Source: Raillietiella orientalis (taxonomy: Eukaryota). From it: a DNA stretch of 64,000 nucleotides. The stretch is from the NCBI GenBank assembly GCA_036172245.1, contig JAYWIR010000034.1, positions 1-64,000 on the forward strand. The letters run 5' to 3'. Every line of letters begins with the position of its first letter. Positions within the stretch are counted from its first letter, which is position 1. Shown here one piece after another: positions 15,101-28,380 of the stretch. The notes below the pieces were generated by a model that saw only the letters and a list, made by a program, of their open reading frames with translations, searched no databases and was not told the origin of the DNA. Position numbers and translations under genes: made by a program.

Positions 15101-18100
15101 GTTTGTGCGCCTATCCATGACGGGAATTTACAACTCACTGCAAATGGATGCTTCGTGAAGAGGCGCAAAAGTGCAATGGTGAAATCTGCTGATTTCGAAT
15201 TGATTACAAACCACCAAACGTTGCAAATTCGGACCACATTATGAATCAAAGAGAAGCGAAACATTCCGTTTCCAATTCCGAGCCTGGTTACCATGAAAAC
15301 GACACAGAGTCCACAGTGCCCCACCGTAATGAAAAGGTCGGACTCATCTCAATGTTCTTCTGAACCCAGTCAAATGGACGTTTGTGCGCGTATCCATGAC
15401 GGGAATTTGCAACTCACTGCAAATGTATGCTTCGTGAAGAGGCGCAAAAGTGCAATGGAGTAATCTGCTGATTTTGAATTGATTACAAACCCCCAAACGT
15501 TGCAAATTCGTTCCATATAATGAATCAAAGAGAAGGAAAACAATCCCTTTCTATTTCTGACACTGGTTACCATGAAAACGAAACAGAGTCCAAACTGCCC
15601 CACCCTAATGAAAAATCGGACTCATCTCAATGTTCTTCTGAACCCAGGAAAATTGACGTTTCTGCGCCTCTCAATGACGGCAATTTGCAACTGACTGCAA
15701 ATGGACACTTCGGGAAGAGGCGCAAAAGTGCAAAGGTGAAATCTTCTGAATTCGAATTGATTACAAACCCTCAAACGTTGCAAATTCGGACCACATGATG
15801 AGTCAAAGAGAAAGAAAACATCCACTTTTTATTTCCGACACCGGTTACCATGAAAACGAAACAGAGTCCAAAGTGCCCCACCCTAATGAATAGTCGGAGT
15901 CATCTCAATGTTCTTCTGAACCCAGTGAAATGCACGTTTGTGCGCCTATCCATGACGGGAATTTGCAACTCACTGCAAATGGATGCTTCCTGAAGAGGCG
16001 CAAAAGTGCAATGGTGTAATCTGATGATTTCGAATTGTTTACAAACCCCCAAACGTTGCAAATTCGTACCATTTAATGAATCAAAGAGAAGGAAAACAAT
16101 CCCTTTCTATTTCCGACACTGGTTACCATGAAAACGAAACAGAATTCAAACTGCCCCACCCTAATGAAAAGTCGGACTCATCTCAATGTTCTTCTCAACC
16201 CAGGAAAATTGACGTTTCTGCGCCTCTCCATGACGGCAATTTGCAACTGACTGCAAATGGACACTTCGGGAAGAGGCGCAAAAGTGCAAAGGTGTAGTCT
16301 TCTGATTTCGAATTGATTACAAACCCCCAAACGATGCAAATTCGGACCACATGATGAGTCAAAGAGAAAGAAAACATCCACTTTTTATTTCCGACACCGG
16401 TTACCATGAAAACGAAACAGAGTCCAAAGTGCCCCACCCTAATGAATAGTCGGAGTCATTTCAATGTTCTTCTGAACCCAGTGAAATGGACGTTCGTGCG
16501 CCTATCCATGACGGGAATTTGCAACTCACTGCAAATGGATGCTTCCTGAAGATGCGCAAAAGTGCAATTGTGTAATCTGATGATTTCGAATTGTTTACAA
16601 ACCCCCAAACGATGCAAATTCGGACCACATGATGAGTCAAAGAGAAAGAAAACATCCACTTTTTATTTCCGACACCGGTTACCATGAAAACGAAACAGAG
16701 TCAAAAGTGCCCCACCCTAATGAATAGTCGGACTCATCTCAATGTTCTTCTGAACCCAGTCAAATGGACGTTTGTGCGCGTATCCATGACGGGAATTTGC
16801 AACTCTCTGCAATTGGACGCTTCGGGAAGAGGCGCAAAAGTGCAATGGTGAAATCTTCTGATTTCGAATTGATTACAAACCACCAAACGTTGCAAATTCG
16901 GACCACATTATGAGTCAAAGAGAAAGAAAACATCCACTTTTTATTTCCGACACCGGTTACCATGAACACGAAACAGAGTCAAAAGTGCCCCACCCTAATG
17001 AATAGTCGGACTCATCTCAATGTTCTTCTGAACCCAGTCAAATGGACGTTTGTGCGCGTATCCATGACGGGAATTTGCAACTCTCTGCAATTGGACGCTT
17101 CGGGAAGAGGCGCAAAAGTGCAATGGTGAAATCTTCTGATTTCGAATTGATTACAAATCACCAAACGTTGCAAATTCGGACCACATTATGAGTCAAAGAG
17201 AAAGAAAACATCCACTTTTTATTTCCGACACCGGTTACCATGAAAACGAAACAGAGTCAAAAGTGCCCCACCCTAATGAATAGTCGGACTCATCTCAATG
17301 TTCTTCTGAACCCAGTCAAATGGACGTTTGTGCGCGTATCCATGACGGGAATTTGCAACTCTCTGCAATTGGACGCTTCGGGAAGAGGCGCAAAAGTGCA
17401 ATGGTGAAATCTTCTGATTTCGAATTGATTACAAACCACCAAACGTTGCAAATTCGGACCACATTATGAGTCAAAGAGAAAGAAAACATCCACTTTTTAT
17501 TTCCGACACCGGTTACCATGAACACGAAACAGAGTCAAAAGTGCCCCACCCTAATGAATAGTCGGACTCATCTCAATGTTCTTCTGAACCCAGTCAAATG
17601 GACGTTTGTGCGCGTATCCATGACGGGAATTTGCAACTCACTGCAAATGGATGCTTCGTGAAGAGGCGCAAAAGTGCAATTGTGTAATCTGCTGATTTCG
17701 AATTGATTACAAACCACCAAACGTTGCAAATTCGGACCACATTATGAATCAAAGAGAAGCGAAACATTCCGTTTCTAATTCCGAGTCTGGTTACCATGAA
17801 AACGACACAGAGTCCACAGTGCCCCACCCTAATGAAAGGTCGCACTCATCTCAATCTTCTTCTGAACCCAGTAAAATGGACGTTTGTGCGCCTATGCATG
17901 ACGGGAATTTGCAACTCACTGCAAATGGATGCTTCGTGAAGAGGCGCAAAAGTGCAATGGTGAAATCTGCTGATTTCGAATTGATTACAAACCCCCAAAC
18001 GTTGCAAATTCGGACCACATAATGAACCAAAGAGAAAGAAAACATCCACTTTTTATTTCCGACACCGGTTACCATGAAAACGAAACAGAGTCCAAAGTGC

Positions 18101-18400
18101 CCCACCCTAATGAATAGTCGGAGTCATCTCAATGTTCTTCTGAACCCAGTGAAATGGACGTTTGTGCGCCTATCCATGACGGGAATTTGCAACTCACTGC
18201 AAATGGATGCTTCGTGAAGAGGCGCAAAAGTGCAATGGTGAAATCTTCTGATTTCGAATTGATTACAAACCCCCAAACGATGCAAATTCGGACCACATGA
18301 TGAGTCAAAGAGAAAGAAAACATCCACTTTTTATTTCCGACACCGGTTACCATCAAAACGAAACAGAGTCCACAGTGCCCCACCCTAATGAAAGGTCGCA
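6120..18400. repeat. 12-mer (one 14-mer variant) higher-order repeat
   Basis: A triplet of monomers carrying CTCTGCAATTGGACGC, followed by the GAAGCGAAACATTCC monomer, recurs at offsets 3892, 3336 and 3337 (ORF markers 6195/10087/13423/16760 and 7029/10921/14257/17594). Confidence 0.9.
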
Positions 18401-20787
18401 CTCATCTCAATGTTCTTCTGAACCCAGTAAAATGGACGTTTGTGCGCCTATCCATGACGGGAATTTGAAACTCACTGGAAATGGATGCTTCGTGAAAAGG
18501 CGCAAAAGAGCAATGGTGAAATCTTCTGATTTCGAATTGATTACAAACCCCCAAACGATGCAAATTCGGACGACATGATGAGTCAAAGAGAAAGAAAACA
18601 TCCACTTTTTATTTCCGACACCGGATACCATCAAAACGAAACAGAGTCCAAACTGCCCCACCCTAATGAAAAATCGGACTCATCTCAATGTTCTTCTGAA
18701 CCCAGGAAAATTGACGTTTCTGCGCCTCTCCATGACGGCAATTTGCAACTCACTGCAAATGGACACTTCGGGAAGAGGCGCAAAAGTGCAATGGTGTAAT
18801 CTGCTGATTTCGAATTGATTACAAACCCCCAAACGTTGCAAATTCGGACCACATAATGAACCAAAGAGAAAGAAAACATTCACTTTTTATTTCCGACACC
18901 GGTTACCATGAAAACGAAACAGAGTCCAAAGTGCCCCACCCTAATGAATAGTCGGAGTCATCTCAATGTTCTTCTGAACCCAGTCAAATGGACGTTTGTG
19001 CGCCTATCCATGACGGGAATTTGCAACTCACTGCAAATGGATGCTTCGTGAAGAGGCGCAAAAGTGCAATTGTGTAATCTGCTGATTTCGAATTGATTAC
19101 AAACCACCAAACGTTGCAAATTCGGACCACATTATGAATCAAAGAGAAGCGAAACATTCCGTTTCTAATTCCGAGTCTGGTTACCATGAAAACGACACAG
19201 AGTCCACAGTGCCCCACCCTAATGAAAGGTCGCACTCATCTCAATCTTCTTCTGAACCCAGTAAAATGGACGTTTGTGCGCCTATCCATGACGGGAATTT
19301 GCAACTCACTGCAAATGGATGCTTCGGGAAGAGGCGCAAAAGTGCAAAGGTGAAATCTTCTGAATTCGAATTGATTACAAACCCTCAAACGTTGCAAATT
19401 CGGACCACATAATGAATCAAAGAGAAGGAGAACATTCACTTTCTATTTGCGACACCGGTTACCATGAAAACGAAACAGAGTCCAAAGTGCCCCACCCTAA
19501 TGAATAGTCGGACTCATCTCAATGTTCTTCTGAACCCAGTCAAATGGACGTTTGTGCGCCTATCCATGACGGGAATTCGCAACTCACTGCAAATGGACGC
19601 TCCGGGGAGAGATGCAAAAGTGCAAAGGTGTAATCTGCTGATTTCGAATTGATTACAAACCCCCAAACGTTGCAAATTCGGACCACATAATGAATCAAAG
19701 AGAAGCAAAACATTCAGTTTCTATTTGGGACATCGGTTACCATGAAAACGACACAGAGTCCACAGTACGCCACCCTAATCAAACGTCGGACTGATCTCAA
19801 TGTTCTTCTGAACCCAGTCAAATGGACGTTTGTGCGGCTATCCATGACGGGAATTTGCAACTCACTGCAAATGGATCCTTCGTGAAGTGGCGCAAAAGTG
19901 CAAAGGTGTAATCTGCTGATTTCGAATTGATTACAAACCACCAAACGTTGCAAATTAGGACCACGTAATGATTCAAAGAGAAGGAAAACATTTCGTTTCT
20001 AATTCCGACACTGGTTACCATGAAAACGAGACAGAGTCCACAGTGCCACGCAATTATAAAATGTCGGGCTCTTCTTAATCATCCACTGCAACCAGGAAAT
20101 GGGAAGGCTGTGCGGCTCTCCATAAAGGGAATTTGCAACTCACTGCAAATGGACGCTTCTGGAAGAGGCGCAGCAGTGCAATGGTGAAATATGCTGATTT
20201 GGAATTGATTACAACACCCAAAAAGTTGCAAATTCGGACCACATAATCAATCAGAGCGAAAGAAAACATTCCCTTCCTAATTCCGACACTGGTTACCATG
20301 AAAACAACACACTGTCGAAAGTGCCACGCCCAAATGAAATGTCGGATTCTTGTTAATGTTCTTCTGAACCCAAGAAATTGGAAGGATGTGCGGCTCTCCA
20401 TGACGGGAATTTCCCACTCTAAGCAATTTGATGCTTCGGGAAGAGGTGCAAAATTGCAATGGTGAAATCTGCCGATTTCGAATTGATTACAAACAACCAA
20501 ACGTTGAAAATTAGGACCACCATAATGAATCAAAGAGAGGGAAAACATTCCCTTTCCAATTCCTAGGCTGGTTTCCATGAAAACATTACAGAGTGCAATG
20601 TACCACGCCCTAATGAAGTGCTGGACGCCCCTTAATGTTTCACTGAATCCAGGAAATTTGATTGCACTGCGGCTCTTTATGACAGGAATTTGCCACTCAG
20701 TGGAAATTGATGGCAGGGCATGTGGCGCAAGAGTGCAATAGTAAAATCATGAAGCAATCGTTACCTATTGGTTGCCTTTCTACTCTA

Positions 20788-23325
20788 TCAACCTAATGCT
20801 GATCTATTGGACACAATTGAAGTGATTGCCATCTTGTCAATATTACCATCAAGCCTACTCGCATTAGTAGGCTGATTAGCATGTATTAAAATTCTTAAAT
20901 CTTGGTTGCTTAGATAACTGAGCACGTGTTCAGTACACTCACGCAGTAACGCAGGAAAGATGTGGCAATTTTCATTGATTTGCTCGAACAATTCCTTCCT
21001 TCTTTCTCCCTTCCTGAAACCATTAGTTATCATAGTGGCATATATTCGAAATTTTATTTTATAATCGTCCGATCTTAAGACTTGTACTATATTTTCCTTT
21101 CCCCAGTGTTAATTGGTTTCCATTTTTTCTCAAAATGTCATAAAATGAGGCGTTCGAATTACCAATCTTATCCCTCTTTATTATTCCTATTTCTCCCATA
21201 TATCGAATCCGAAAATCGAAATCGTCGTCTTCCGTTCTCTAAGAATCGCTTTCAACTTCATCCTCATGAACTGATAGTAAATTTATTTTATTCACATAGA
21301 AATTTGCAGTTTCCATCTTAACTATATGGCGCTTACCAATTCGATGAATTTTATATGGCGAACGAACATTCTCAATCTGTCAAGCCCAATCGTTATATCG
21401 ATAATAACCGCAGCATATGTTTATATGTTTCTGTGAAATTCCAAACCAACTCACGTGCTGTATAATTATTTTTACAGGTGATATCAACATCAGAGCCATG
21501 ATCTAGAAGGGCAACAACTTCTACCTTTCCTCCTTGGGAAGCAGTGTGAAGTGCTTTCCTACCACTTTCATCTTTAGAATCAATGCAGGCTCCAAATTTT
21601 AACAGAACCTCAACAACTGCTATCTGACCATTTCGATCAGCTTCATGAAGGGGTGTGATACTCTCGTTAGTTTGAGCATTTACATTAGTTCCTTTACTCA
21701 AAAGCAATTTGGCAATTTCTCCCTTGGGGTTACAATGTATATCACTACTTCCATAATCACCAAACTTGCCACCTGAATCAGTAAAATGCAATGCGGTTCT
21801 TCCAAGTCCATCACTAGCATTAAAATTAGCACCATATTGTAAAAGAGCTTTCCGAATTCGTCTGCATCCCTCCTCAGCAGCAACATACAGTAGACTAGGA
21901 TCATCTTTTACAATAGCCTTATTAGTTAGAAGTAGCTCAGTAGTTTCCAAATCGGAATTTCGAACAGCCAAAAATATTGGCATTAAACCATCTTCGCTTT
22001 TAGAGTTTATATCAGCTCCATAACTAATCAACACTTTACCAACCTCCTCATGCTTGCTGTTGGTTGCAATTTGTAAAGGTGTTTGGCCCCATCCCAAGTT
22101 GTCTGGCATGCTTGCATCATTAGCACACTTTAAGAGTTGTCCAACAATTTTCGAATATCCTTTCTCAACAGCAGCATGCAGAAGTTCACAATTACTTACA
22201 TCTTGTGGATGGATAGTAAAACCATACTTAAGCAGAGTTTCAACAATCTTGCCATACTCATAGCTACAGCTATGCACTGCAACATAAAGAGTGCTCCTCT
22301 TACTTTTGTTATTCACAGCAGGACAATGCTTTAAAACATGCTGTATAATACGCGAATATCTTCTTTCAACAGCAAAGCATAGGATAGTTTTCCTATGCTT
22401 ATCTTGAGCATTAACATTAGCTCTGCTTTCTAAAAGTAGCTTAACAATTCTTCTTTTCCTCCTTTCACAGCAAAGTTCAATGTAGTTTTTCCACCCTTAT
22501 CTTGAGCATCAACATTAGCCTGGCAGTCTAAAAGCAGCTTAACCTTCATGTGCTCTTTGAATAGCAAAGTGCAATGCATTTTTGCCACTCATATGCTAAG
22601 CATCATTTTTAGCTCTTCTCTCTAAAAGTAGTTTAACCACTTCTTCATGTCCTCTTTCAACAGCAAAGTGTAGTGCAGTTTTACCATATTTATTCTGAGC
22701 ATCAATGTCAGCTCCACACTTTTAAAGTAACTTAATCACTTCATTTAAAAGACACTCAACACTCTGTATATGCCCTCTTTCTGCTTCCATATGAAGAGAA
22801 GGTCTTCCATCCCTTTGTTGTGCATTAACATCAGCAACTCTACTTAAAAGCAATTCCATGACTTCCACACATTCTTTTCCTTCACTTAAAAAGTATGAAT
22901 AAGTTAAACTGTGGCTGTTACTAGGACAAGAAAACCCTCGTTGACCCAAACGTTTAACCAATTGCTGAAACACACCCACAACTGCACTGGAAAGTGGAGT
23001 TTTACCAGACCGATTTCTAGCATCAATAAAAGAGCCTCTATTTAAAAGCATCTCAACAATCTCTATGTCACCATTCCCGGCAGCCAAATGAAGAGGAGTA
23101 TTAGAAGGTCTAGCACCTTTTCTGTTAACTTTCAAACCACTTGTTAATAGCAGTTTAGCAACCTCTGTATGTTAGTTCTCCACAGCAGCACTTAAGTAAA
23201 AAATATCCTTGTAACTACGATGGTGAGTAGGAAACACCATAAGAATGAATTAAGCTTTTCACTCTTTCCGTTCTTCCTTCTCAAACAGTACAAATCATCT
23301 CCCGGCTAATATCCTCCTCACACAT
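20788..23325 (-). pseudogene. Ankyrin-repeat protein with C-terminal PRANC/F-box-like domain, Wolbachia type, intronless and disrupted
   Basis: From ATG 23325: MCEEDISREMICTV*EGRTERVKSLIHSYGVSYS. Many ankyrin repeats follow (SNTPLHLAAGNGDIEIVEMLLNRG, GQTPLQIA, TPLHEA). The C-terminus reads KRHIVKMETANFYV...NSNASFYDIL...ENIVQVLRSDDYKIKFRIYATMITNGFRKGERRKELFEQ...CTEHVLSYLSNQDLRIL. Several stops and frameshifts; no introns evident. Confidence 0.85.
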
Positions 23326-24281
23326 GACTATTCACTACTCAATTTGAGTATTTCCTTTACATCAGTGCAGCCAAAGTTTGTCCAGTTATTTCTATTAATC
23401 CATAATAAGTTGCATCCATTTGCAGTTCTTTAACATTAATAACTTGCTACTTTAATGACACATTTTAATAATACACATTGCGACGTATATTACGAACACT
23501 TGAATTTTACCAACTGAAATTGCAAAACTCGTTAGGGTTATTAACACTGTATTCTAGATCCAATTCCACTTCCTTGTTCACAATAACAGACGCCCTGTAG
23601 AAAAAACGGCCCACTGAAGTGCAAAACCTTCCCTGGGAGGATTTCCGGTCCCTTCCCTGTCCAAGATTACCAAAATACTTTTCCTGATTATTATATATTG
23701 AGAAAATTTAGTGTTCCTGGATGTCCACATTCGAAAGACCCACGCTTATCCTCCATCTCATTTTTCATGCAAGCGTGATCGTCTACTTGTCGCCAACTAC
23801 TAATTCAGGGTGCAGGCAGGCGACCAATCTTGCCGTCAGTGGGCGAAAACTCTGCTACTCATGTCAGATCATTGCTTGCCGGAATTTCTTCCCCACCTAA
23901 GGGGATGAAACGCCTTGGTCGATTACATATAGAAGATAACGTATGAGCGATGGGAGATCCCTTTCATCCACAAATTATAGCTGCTATGGAGTCGTTGTTA
24001 GGGCCTGTTTCGTGCTGGAAAGAGAAAGCAGTTTCCCACCGGTCGCGTGCTGAGCGTTTGAAAGAGAAACGGCAACCTCCATGAAGGCACGTGAAAGAAC
24101 AGAGATCGAAAAATGGTTAGCACGTGCTTTCTCTTTTGCTACCAGGAACCCATCCGTCAGTTCGCCCGATCGACGTCCGCTCATCAAGATGTCGGAATTT
24201 CTGGAACAGGATGTCTGCACGGTATGGAACTTTCCGGTCAACCGGAAAGGTGTCCTTCAGCACCCAACACATCCGTTACAT

Positions 24282-25007
24282 TAGAGTGTGCCCCCCGAAG
24301 AACTTGTGGTCCCTCCCTCCTTCTTGAACACTTCTGTGGTTCCTTTGAGCTGGAAACAGGACGTCATCATGCTGGTGCATTGGGGTTTTCACTTCAACCA
24401 GCGGACGAACCGTGTTTCCGGGGGAGTTATCTCCCCGAACTGTAAGTGGTGAAGGGAAGTGGAAACGCCCCCGCACCTGCTCTTGGACTGGGCTACCCTC
24501 CAAGGTCTGTGGCGGAGGCTGGCCTCATCTCTCCTGCACCAGGGGGACACCTCAACAGACTTGATGCGCCGATTCTTCACGCCAGGCAGTCTGTCCTTAG
24601 GTGCTGTCATCGCAACGGTCTGTTGCACCGGCGCCATCGAGAAGGACTACCGAGAGCTGGAGAACCAGGCGCTTAGGCCACCGGAATAGCCGGCGAGAAC
24701 ATGATGTCGGCCGCCTAGTGGGCGCATCTTCCAGAGGGAGTTAGGAACGAGATCACCGGCATTCATAGCCGGTTCTGAAGGAAGGGAACGGCCAAACCAA
24801 AGAGCCCTGTCACCTACCTTCCCCATATATTTATTCCTATTTTTTATATGTGTATTTGCGGTCCCCTCCCTCCCGTTCCGGACTTTCGGTTCACCGACCT
24901 GCGTGTCGGGGATCCCCCCCCCCCCTTCGTTTCATTTGTGTCCTTTGTCTGGGAACTCTGTTCCTGGATAGCTTAGGAATAAACGCCCCGGCGCATCCGT
25001 GTGAGAA
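24282..25007 (+). mobile_element. 5'-truncated L1/Tx1-like non-LTR retrotransposon (ORF2 C-terminal zinc finger plus 3' UTR)
   Basis: SPNCKW*REVETPPHLLLDW is a decayed zf-RVT motif. The segment is homologous to the reverse complement of about 56550-57270. Near-perfect 13-bp TSD ACA(T/G)CCGTTACAT at 24269-24281 and 25008-25020. Confidence 0.85.
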
Positions 25008-26289
25008 ACAGCCGTTACATCCGCTGGGAGCAAAGGATAGCAGATCCTCCATGTCAAGCTGGCTTCTTACTTGCGGAAGTGGGAGGATGGGAAGCAAACG
25101 CAATGACAACAAGCCTTAAATGAAACCACGGCAATGAGAAACCAATCTTCTACTGAGATCATAAGAATGCTCACTTGAATCGAAAGAAGAAACGTTTGAA
25201 GTGCTTTACTGTAAAAGCAAATTATATGCTCTTGACTTCAGATTTGAATGCAGTCATAAATACGTGTTCTGATGGATGATTCCCTGTTACTGCAAGTTGA
25301 AAGCTTGCAAGGAAGAATCATAATCAACAAAGATACATAGCTGCAGCTAATTACCCAGCAGAATAATACGGACTGTAATTAATAAGGAATGAAGGAAAGA
25401 TATAAAGGGAGCTGTTTGAGAGGCTACTGGCATGTGCGACATGAAGAAAACACCTCATTACGACTATGAGTACCTGCAGATAAAAAAGACAATTAAAGAT
25501 GCATTGGATCTTTCGTTAGTCTGGGATGCAGTTGACCTCATCGGATCCACGAATGGGAAGGACTCTCCCTTTCAAAGTGCTGAAGATGTTCCACCCATCA
25601 GCTGTGCAGCAGTAATTTCAGCGCTCATGGAGGAACCTGAGGACAAGGAGAAACAATTTGTAAATTGAGCGGACGATGAGATTATTCACTCATGTTCAAA
25701 AAAGTAATGGTAACTGATTTTTAGATGTTGACTCAACGAGCTGCACCCTGTGGGATGGGAGCACCTGCATTCAGATTGCTGTTCTCCCGACGGGACCTAC
25801 TGCCCGACGTGCCAGAACGCTTGCACTGGCACGCTTCAGAAAAACCAGCAATCTAATTTGGGAAAACGGGAAGTACAAATAAGAAGCGATTTATTTCCAC
25901 GGAGAGAAACGCGAGATGTAAAAAAAGAGACAAAATGATCCGAATGATTTGAATAGGAATGGTTGAAATTTATAGAAATCAATTTGCAATCGAATCAAAC
26001 AGCAAGTACCAGAAGCCTTACTGTTTCCTTCTCATCACAAGAAATGCAAATGAGAAATTGACTTTGGCACCCAGCAGGGTTAACTGACTAACGATTAGCT
26101 GAAGCTGTTCGAAAAAATAGCTATAGATGGACGCATTGAATCCCTGGTTCCATTACTCGTTTTGCTGTTTGTCTGAAGGTTCCATTCGTTTGGTTGAGCA
26201 AAGCCTTTGGGTGTCCAGGATAAGCAACCTTTCCAACCCACGAGTAGCGGGCATAAAAGGCTGTAAACCTGTAATTCGAACCATGAATT

Positions 26290-26625
26290 TTCTGCAATAT
26301 TTAAGTGCAAGAGTAAAAACTGGTGACCCTCAACTGGTGACCTCTGGTTCCAAGGTGATTACTCAACAAATTTACACCATTTGAAAGATTTTCTCGGAAT
26401 AATATTTTTTTCTGTTTATTTGAAACATTGGTTTCCATAGCAACAAGACAAAACACAATCTGCCCCACTCTTCTGATGTTTGGAGAACCCGATGGACCTC
26501 AATTCAAACTGAGGAATTTCAATTACGTCCATGTGTCGTTATATGGGATATGCTACTCATTGCATGAGTCGTTATCGAGGATTTGTAATTAAGTGCAAGA
26601 GTGAAAAGCGGTGACCTGCAATTGG
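26290..26625 (+). repeat. Relic of about 1.2 monomers of a diverged sister of the 278-bp satellite
   Basis: Collinear matches to the main monomer: ACATTGGTTTCCAT..TGCCCCAC, GGGATATGCTACTCATTGCA and AAGTGCAAGAGTGAAA..AATTG. TAAGTGCAAGAGT recurs about 290 bp apart. Confidence 0.7.
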
Positions 26626-27129
26626 GTACCTCCGCCAGAGGTCGTGAAAAATGAGCTTACAACTCAGTTCCGGTGGCAGAAGTGGAAAAGGGGCTTTCGT
26701 CCGTCCACTTGCGCCAGAGAAGACACAGGGAAGGAAAACAAAACCAAGAAAGAATTCAAGAGACCAATTCTCTGCGAGCTGTGTGGTATTGCGCACGTCG
26801 ATCTGCATCGACACACTTATGAGAGGTGAACTGAAAGGAAACCGGCCGCGAAGATAAAAGAGTTTCTGAAAAAAATGGACAAAGGGAATTCTATGAGAGC
26901 ACTCCTTGCATGTTTTCAAGTTTGCAATGCGCTTGAAATCAGGAAGACCACACCATCAGATCGTATGCCTACTCTATTCATGGATCACCTCTTTGTAGAG
27001 CAATAGTGACCACAAATTTGTCCTCTATCTCGTGGAAATCCTCAGCGTTCGAACTCCTAGCTTCTTCGACTGACATCTGGATCCAAGCATTGCATTTCTT
27101 TCTGTGCATATAAATTTAATTTTTAGATC

Positions 27130-28380
27130 CAGCATTAAGAATTAAAATTACTTTGCTACTCATGATTAAGATTGTAACCACTCTTGAATTGAATGAGCAT
27201 GATAAGTTTTCGCAATTTTATTGCCGCGTATGTGTTCTCAAGATACTGCATGCAATGTAGCTGAATTCTTCAGGATTGATTGATTCAGAAGAGGCTATGC
27301 TGAGAGATAGTGTAAAAGAAGATAACTGAAATGCTACGATATAGACGAGAAAAAGAATGCTGGGCATCATGATTCCATGGAAAAAAAACATTGACAGAAA
27401 TAATGACGGATAAGATAGCAAAAGCAGTTGTGAAAGCTATGATCATGGCATTAGTGCATGAGCAGAATAGAAGGAATGTAAATAGAATGACTGTACCACA
27501 ATGAGGTGGATTGATATGATATTATGCTTGTAGGTATTGGATTAGGAAGAGTAGTGGTATCATGGGAACGCCCAGGGGTAAGTACCTGGGCGCCTGAAAT
27601 AGCACGCAAAAGAAATCTTGATAAATGATCAATCCTTCCGATCAGCTTTCACTGTCAAAAATTTAGCACCCCTTCTACGATGCGGTAAATTTTGGATTCG
27701 GAACTATTGGAAGTGGTAATAGATGGTGAGATTGGAAATTGTAATTGCGAATGTGCCATGATTGCGAGTATTCCGCTTTAATGACTGCACCCTATTAAGG
27801 GACATGCTTCGAAGACTTTATTGGAGCTAAGATGAGAGTCTTCCTTATGGTTTTCCGTTTAAAGCAATTATAAGGGAGACTGGATGCGAAATTCTGATTA
27901 ACACCCTGTTTAGTGTTTGAGGAAGAGCTCTCCTGCCCTTTAGCCTACTTGGAATTATGCTTGCCGTAGTAGTTCGGCGTGATCATTCGGCAATGATTAT
28001 TGTCGGTCTTAAGTGTTATTGGATGTCAAGATTTATTATTAATGACGGTTGGTGTAGGGACATACAGTCTCTATGAATAGTGGGATGATTGAAAGATGAA
28101 GAATATCTGGGAAGGGATGGAAGATTTCATGGAGTACGATATTGCTTGCTAGTGGCTGTGCTATTACTCCTTGCAATGTTGCAAGGAAGGGTTGAAAACA
28201 AATATAGGAGCTTGGTGTTTGAGGTTGTGCGAAAAATTTCTTAGGCTACAGCAATATTAAGATTTTTAAAGCTTGTATGGTTGAAAGTTATGATAAATTG
28301 TTAATGATGTGTATGAGCCACAAGTGGAAGGGTTGTATTACTGGTCTCAAAATTATAATTAATGAGGAATGAAAATAACA
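27130..28380 (-). pseudogene. Degenerate nuclear copy of mitochondrial DNA (NUMT): nad2-, cox2(?)-, atp6- and nad6-like pieces
   Basis: Strong strand skew. Minus-strand motifs: QPFHLWLIHIINNLS (nad2-like, about 28290-28340), YLPLGVPMIPLLFLI (atp6-like, about 27540-27590), SILFLVYI...SIASSE (nad6-like, about 27280-27365) and weak cox2-like words near 27880-28050. Confidence 0.6.

Larger units (their letters stand above)
1..20748. repeat. Tandem satellite array, 278-bp monomer, about 75 copies, continuing beyond the left edge
   Basis: ATSAAAACGAAACAGAGTC recurs at 1, 279, 557 and onward. The ORF track repeats every 278 bp, with occasional 279-bp monomers. Monomers are highly similar until about 19400 and then diverge; the last recognisable monomer ends near 20748. 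Confidence 0.99.

Noticed and set aside
51..20578. Dozens of 60-95-aa ORFs on both strands
   Set aside because: They are by-products of the 278-bp repeat, whose length is not a multiple of 3; no domain is recognisable.
1..20748. CRISPR array
   Set aside because: No unique spacers, the unit is far too long, there are no cas genes, and the context is eukaryotic.
23412..23426. 15-mer matching the satellite (ACTGCAAATGGATGC, minus strand) upstream of the ankyrin gene
   Set aside because: The match does not extend on either side and is plausibly chance.
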